Positions 58,186-64,000 of a stretch of DNA of 64,000 nucleotides are shown one piece after another. How positions within the stretch are numbered: the stretch's first letter is position 1; each line of letters opens with the position of its first letter. The notes below the pieces were generated by a model that did not search any database, was not told the DNA's origin, and saw only the letters and a list, made by a program, of their open reading frames with translations. A program made the position numbers and the translations under genes. Source of the stretch: Monocercomonoides exilis PA203 (lineage: Eukaryota > Protista > Preaxostyla); the NCBI GenBank assembly GCA_001643675.2, contig LSRY02000016.1, positions 1,426,001 to 1,490,000 on the forward strand, in the 5' to 3' direction.

Positions 58186-59029
58186 TATTTCATAACTGAC
58201 ATTTTCATTGAAGAATAATGCATTGTGGATGAACTTTTTGAGATAAGAAAAATACGATATGAATGGATTCATTTTTGAAATATGCGTGAAATTTTTTAAA
58301 AAATCACTTTTTTAGCCTGATCTGTCCCACAAAAAATAAGAACAAGAAATTTGTTTGCCTTTATTTATTCATTTTTAATTAAATCATCCTTTTTTTCTCT
58401 ATGGAAGAGTTTGGAGTTTTATTGTTAACAATATTCTATGTTAACACTAAATATTAAAAACATAATTGAAGTATTTAATTGTTTATTTTTGTTGTTTAAC
58501 TGAAACACGATAATTTCAAGTTTTTTCTTGTCTTTATCAGTGCTATGAGTTTTTTCTGTTTTTTATTTGTATAACAACAATGATTATCAATAAAACTTCA
58601 TTGAACATATGAATAGATTGTTTGTTAGCTTCATATCCGTTTATTTCGAAGTTTTTGTTGTTTCTTTTTTTTTTCTTTGAAACTTTTTATAAAACAAAAA
58701 GTGCACTTAGACATTTTGTTATAAACTCATTTGTGTAACAATTTATAGCAATTGATGATTGAAATGCATTCAAGGAAAAAAAATGACACTTTTAATGATC
58801 CTTATTTTAAGTTCTTATTTATCTTTGAAAACGAGACAACGAAAAAATGAGAATGAATTCTAATTGAATTTCAAAACTTTTTTCACACAAAGAACTGCAA
58901 TTTTCTTCGTTTATTTTAACTTTCATATTTATCTTCAATTCGAGAAGCATGTCTATTACTATTTCATTCTTCCCTTTACCGAAATCCCAACAAAAGAAGA
59001 AGAAGGGAAAAAGTATTCATCATGAAATG

Positions 59030-60890
59030 AACCTGTTATTGATCCGTCATATATATCGGCTGTGACTGCAAAAAAACTGTCTGCAGTAGCAATGAATGAC
59101 ATCGAGAGATGGCTGCGGATTGTTGTATCTGAAGCAGCTGAGGTGAATGCAGATCACAAATAGTTGTTGTTGAAGGAGCAGCAGACGCTGAAGGGATATG
59201 TTGTGGAGCGTGCGGCGGTGCTGCATGGGGGTGTTGTACGTGTGTATATAATGTGAAGCTTTTGACGATTCTTTCGTTACCAATTGTGGTGCAGCCTCCG
59301 TCGCTTTCAGCGTCGGTGGGCACGAAGAAGGGGGGCAAGCGGAACTTTGCAGCGGCAGATGTGAATGCGATCTGTTTATAACATTACTGCTGGTGTCGCG
59401 ATCGCCTCAGATGAGGAGTGTGGCGGTGAGGCTGGACGATGAAGTGATGGAGCGAGGGGATGGAGTGTGTGAACAGGGGGAGATTGTGGAGAAAAGGCTT
59501 TCGGCACCTGGGCTGAGTATGGAGGAGGTGATTCTTTCGCCTGCAGCTACTGCACTTGTGAAATGTTAGGATAAAATAGGAAGAAGTGAGAAAAGGAAAA
59601 GGAGAAGATGAATCAGAAGGAGAATGGTGAAAGAAGGACAAGATCATCAGGATAAATCAAATGAATATTCTGGAGCCTGGCGAGAAGTCCAATGCAGAGG
59701 TGAAGGAGGTGAAGGAGCAGCTGGAAATGAAAGAGAATACGAAGCAGATTGATGTGAGGATTGAAAAGGAGAAGAAGCGCTTGACAAAGAAATGCATGGA
59801 GGGTTGGTGAATGTGAAAAGCGAAATATAGCTGGCTGTGAAAAGAAATCTTCTTGCCGCACTTTCTTTACTGTCTCTCTGTGTCACTTGATTGTTCCATC
59901 TTCGCTTTCGTTTATTCTATTTTGACTGTTGGAACAGAAACAATGGAAGTTTGCAGTGAACATCTGTGACAGCAGTGTTGCGATGCTTGGGGGAGACCAG
60001 AACTAGAAGGGGCTTGCTGTGAAAGTGGGGTTATCCTTTTTTACTGGAAAAATCAAACGATTCATGAATAAAAAGATGAGCAGAAGAAAATGAAGACCAC
60101 ACATGAAGAGACAGAAGAGCATCTGGCTGAGAATACGAAGGAGCTGAAAGAGAAGATGGAATGCGAGAATTTTGGTGGGGTTGGGAATACTGTGCAGAAG
60201 AGTGTGAAATTGAAAAAGATAGAAATGCAAGAGAACTATTTGAGATTCCCCTGTTTCTGCACAACGATCAGAAGAGAGACTGGGAGGACTGGATTTCTTC
60301 GAAAGTTCAAACAAGTGCAATTAAAGGGGAAGTGAAAACGAGTGTTGTGCAGCGGCTGTATATGCATCTTAAGCAGAAGATTGATCGCATTGACCGTGAA
60401 TGCTCGGAGTGGCCTGTGAATTTGTAAGGTGTGAACTGTGCAGGGTTGTCTGGAACAAGTGGTGAATCTTTGCCGGAGGGGCCGACAGCGATGGAGCGTT
60501 TGATGAGAGCAGTGTCAAAGTCGCTGGGGCAGGTGGCGTTAGAAACTGCACGTGTTCTTCAGATGCCTCCCGCACTGCAGTCTTCAATGCAGATGCAGCG
60601 GGTGATAACACCGCTGCAAAAGGAGCTGCAGCCGTGGGTGATATGATCTCTATCGAAGATCCTGGGGAAATATAGAGATAAGACCGAGATAGACGAAATC
60701 CGGGACAGAGACGTGTGCGTGGGAGTTGGTGAACTTTGTGTTCATGTGTTTTACGGAAAAGAACTCAGAGGAGAAGAAGAGCAAGGCTGTGCGATGAGCG
60801 ATTATCTACGATGTGGAGCTGTTCCGGAAGGACTTTGCAGTAATGCGGCTGTTTGAGAAGTTTGTAAGGGAGGAATTCGAAGGAGATAAG
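59030..60890 (+). pseudogene. Second, more decayed IQCH-like copy
   Basis: 59036-59540 aligns by eye with 50893-51390 (for example CAGCGTCGGTGGGCACGAAG...GCAAGCGGA.CTTTGCAGCGGCAGATGTGA). Many stops; the 3' extent is uncertain. Confidence 0.6.
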
Positions 60891-62264
60891 TTGTTGTTCT
60901 TCCTGTTTCCTCAACCAATTGCTGTTTGAAGGAGTGTTGGAGAAAAAAATAAAGATGATTTTGAGAAAATTTGAGGGCTGCAGCCTGATGAGATGAAATC
61001 AAAAGCTTCAGTCTTTCTGGAATTTTCATAGAATTACTTCAAAATAGAAGAAGCGAAATGAAAAATACGAAGAAGGCACCGTTTAATCCCATACGTTCTT
61101 GTGATGCATCAATTTCATCATCTTCTTCTACTTCAAAGGCGGTAAGAAGAGGATTCGCACAAGATTAAATGGAATCTCTTTTGTGTGCTCCATCTGCAGA
61201 CACTTCCAAAGCGTTCGTTGTCGATCTTCCGGGAAGCGTTTTGGTTATTTGTGTGCTGTTTACCATCATTTGAATCTGTTCATGAAACGCACTAGTGTAT
61301 TGATTTCTTCGCGTTGTGCCTGCAGTCACCAAATGTGTGCGATGTTGTTGACATGTGAGCTCTTCTGACGGCGTCAAAGAACAGAGTTGTTGTGAAGAAG
61401 GTGAGTCACAACTTTGATTGCTGAACCGTAGCAGAACTGTCGAGTGTTTGTGCTTCCGTGGGTGTCGGATGGTGAAGGTGTCGAGATTTAGTAAAGGCGG
61501 ATGGAAAAGGCTGTGCCATCTGTTGTGGCAAAGAACAAAGAGCAGCTAGGGTCGATCCAAATGGTAATGATACTGGTGGAGCTTGTAGTGCTGGAAAAGA
61601 AAGAAGAAGCAGAGGAAGGAGAAGGAATAGTTTGCGATTCATTTATGTTTTTTCCATCAGCAGAAGGAGTATTTTTCATCTGAAAGAGAAAAATCAAATA
61701 GAAACCAATGCGATCTAAGAAGAGGGTCGTTTGAAGAAAACGTGGAGCGAATATGAATGAGAATATGGAATGGACGTTTGAAGTCAGATGAGGAATTTAT
61801 GCATTTTGAAGCAGGTATTGAGGCAGAGGAGAAATATGATTATTCAGTATTTGAGGAGGTTATGTAACTGGAAAAAGACGATTGAAATATTTTCAGTTTC
61901 ACATTGTGTGTTTATGGACAAGTGGGTTTCCCTGAGGATGAATTCAGTTGAATTTTGTGTTTCTTCGCTTGCGTCTTTGCGAACATTCCAAAAAAATCAG
62001 TATCTTCTGTTTTCTTGAATTGAGGTTTCCTTTGAAACAATTTCCTTCTGCGCTGTTCTGGAACAACCGCTTCGTATTGAGGAATTCCATCTTCTGATTT
62101 TGTGCATTTGGCTCTTCGAGACTCCAGGCTTCTTCAAGAGGAACATTCCGATCAGCCTCGAAACTTCAGCCAATAATTGCAATGATGGAGCATTTTTTCG
62201 TACATCATATGATTTGACTAATGTTTCTGTGCATTTGATTTTTTCATTCAATTCCTATAGCTAT

Positions 62265-63920
62265 TTAACGATTTATAATTGTTCTTTCTTTCCCATCAAA
62301 GGCACACGCAAAAAGTGCAAAAGAAATATCATTTGTTGAAGAAAGAGAAAACATTGAAGTTGTGGAGATTGTCTTTTCCCAGTTCACGTTTTCCATTAGA
62401 AATATTCCACGCTGAACGTAAATCAATTCTGTCGAAAATGCCGTTTCTGCTGAAGGTCCGCTTCCTACAGATAAGTTCACTCCGCTTATATGCATTTCTC
62501 CTGCTCCTGTGATCTCAAACGGCCTTGACCCACGGTTATTCGGATGAACCGAGTCATGTACAAGGACAAAATCCCTTGCAGTCAATGAACCTGTTGAGAC
62601 TGAAAAAAGAGTCAACCAAGCTGCTTCCAATTCTGTTTCCACAGTTGCTATTGAATCACTTTGACCATATATCGTGTAAGCGTTTGTTCCACAGTCCACA
62701 CCCTTCGTTTCTCTTATCTTTTCTGAAAATACTTCAACATTGGTGACAAAGTCTTGAATCAGTTGGGTGATGCAATGGCTGATAGTGTTGCATGGATGGC
62801 TTTCATCCAACCCGCATGCATATGTGTCAATGGAATTTGGTTCTGTTTGCGCTGAGGAGATATATCTAATTCTTCCAAAATCGTTTCGCAGTTATTCACT
62901 TTTATCAGCAATAAAACGATGACTTGTGCTAACCCTGTTTCCTGTTTGTCTGGTGGAATAGCAGGTGGAATCAATGTTGTTTGCTGATGAACCATAAAGA
63001 ACAATATCGTGCACTCCTTTAACACATGGATCGTTGTGGAAAAAACAATAGAAAAACAAAACTCCATTATTATTTGCATTTATCTGTTGGCTTACTGCTC
63101 CTCCACACATTGAATGGCAATGACAAAAGAGACAATTCGAAATAGCAACTTGATCAGTGCATTTAAAATGTTCAATAGAACCACTTGTATCACTTGATGC
63201 TTTTCTTTCATCGGCAATTATCGAAAAATGCATTAATGGGTTATTCTTTTTGAAAAGTCACATATATTAAATTCACATTCAAATAAAAGATTTCATATTT
63301 TGCTCACATTACTGTTTCCACTCACGAATTCTCTTAAGAATGTTTGAAATGGCATTATCCAGAAATAGATTCCATATTAGTGAAGTTTAGTGTATGCCAA
63401 CGAAAATTTGAGCCAAATATGAAATTTTTGATTTATTTGAGAATTATTTATTTGCGACTTTTCAAAAAGAATGACCCAAATAATACGTTCTTTCTGTTTT
63501 CTGTTTTCGCTCTACCGAGTTCAATTGCACCTCCGTCATTGTGAGAGGAATAATTATTGTTTTGTTCGCTGCTCTTTGCAAACAAAAAAATAATTCGAAT
63601 GAAGAAGTGTCAAGATCTTTTAATATGCATTCTCACAAAACGTTAAAATTAAAATCAAAAGATGAAAATATAAGATCAGAAGAGTGAATATTCTTTTGGT
63701 AGATTATGCTTGTTTTTGTGATGAAGATTGTCCCACTTTGCAAATGAAGAGGAGATGTTGATTTTTGGTGGGAAGTGCTGGAATTCATCATTATATCTGA
63801 TTCGCCTTTAATAAGAAAAAACACAGAGGCAGAATATTCGACTGTCAAATAAATCGACTCGTTTGAAATCCAGAAAATGCAAAAAAAAATTTTATCTGTA
63901 TCAAATGAAACAAACTTCAA
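62265..63920 (-). pseudogene. Relic of the surface receptor family (copy A-like N-terminus plus start of the constant region), interrupted by MITE A
   Basis: NDGGAIEL (~63530), ISNCLFCHC...GGAVSQQINANNNGVLFFYCFFHN, DKSE*L...GRIRY, CGLDESHPCNTISHCITQ. Truncated after ERT at ~62275. Confidence 0.85.
63237..63478. mobile_element. MITE family A (242 bp) inserted in the receptor relic
   Basis: TIR TGGGTTATTCTTTTTGAAAAGTCAC / GCGACTTTTCAAAAAGAATGACCCA. Interior is homologous to 441-682, and receptor coding sequence continues on both sides. Confidence 0.85.
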
Positions 63921-64000
63921 TTGTCACTCTTTGGGGAAATTCTTTGATCTTCAAAATTTTCATGTGAACTATTTCTTCCAAAATTCTTATCTTCCTGAAA

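Noticed and set aside
60900-62260. Ser-rich minus-strand fragments as a gene
   Set aside because: Short, stop-interrupted and unassignable; probably pseudogene debris.
1-64000. tRNA, rRNA or telomeric repeats
   Set aside because: None recognised by eye; tRNAscan-SE and Infernal would be needed to exclude small RNAs.

Overview
AT-rich, intron-containing eukaryotic DNA with short GT-AG introns and the standard genetic code. Gene content and style suggest an anaerobic metamonad, most likely the oxymonad Monocercomonoides; this is inference, not a database result. Core genes: a RAD23-like UBL-UBA-UBA protein, ADP-forming acetyl-CoA synthetase, a THP3/LENG8-type SAC3/GANP protein, exportin-T, ATG8, an ERGIC-53/VIP36-type L-lectin and a catalytically degenerate histidine acid phosphatase. 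The most striking structure is a 14-kb palindrome (arms 13215-19841 and 20585-27211). It holds two tail-to-tail ~2600-aa Cys-rich surface receptors with a C-terminal pseudokinase. They share a near-identical constant region but have strongly divergent N-terminal ectodomains that switch at a domain boundary. Two further N-terminal relics of this family lie at ~51.7-52.8 kb and ~62.3-63.9 kb. Intergenic regions are dense with pogo/Tc1-like DNA transposon relics, fixed-length MITE families (242 bp x3, 179 bp x2), foldback elements, an apparently perfect 1-kb palindrome and two IQCH-like pseudogene copies. All alignments and family assignments were made by eye and from memory.
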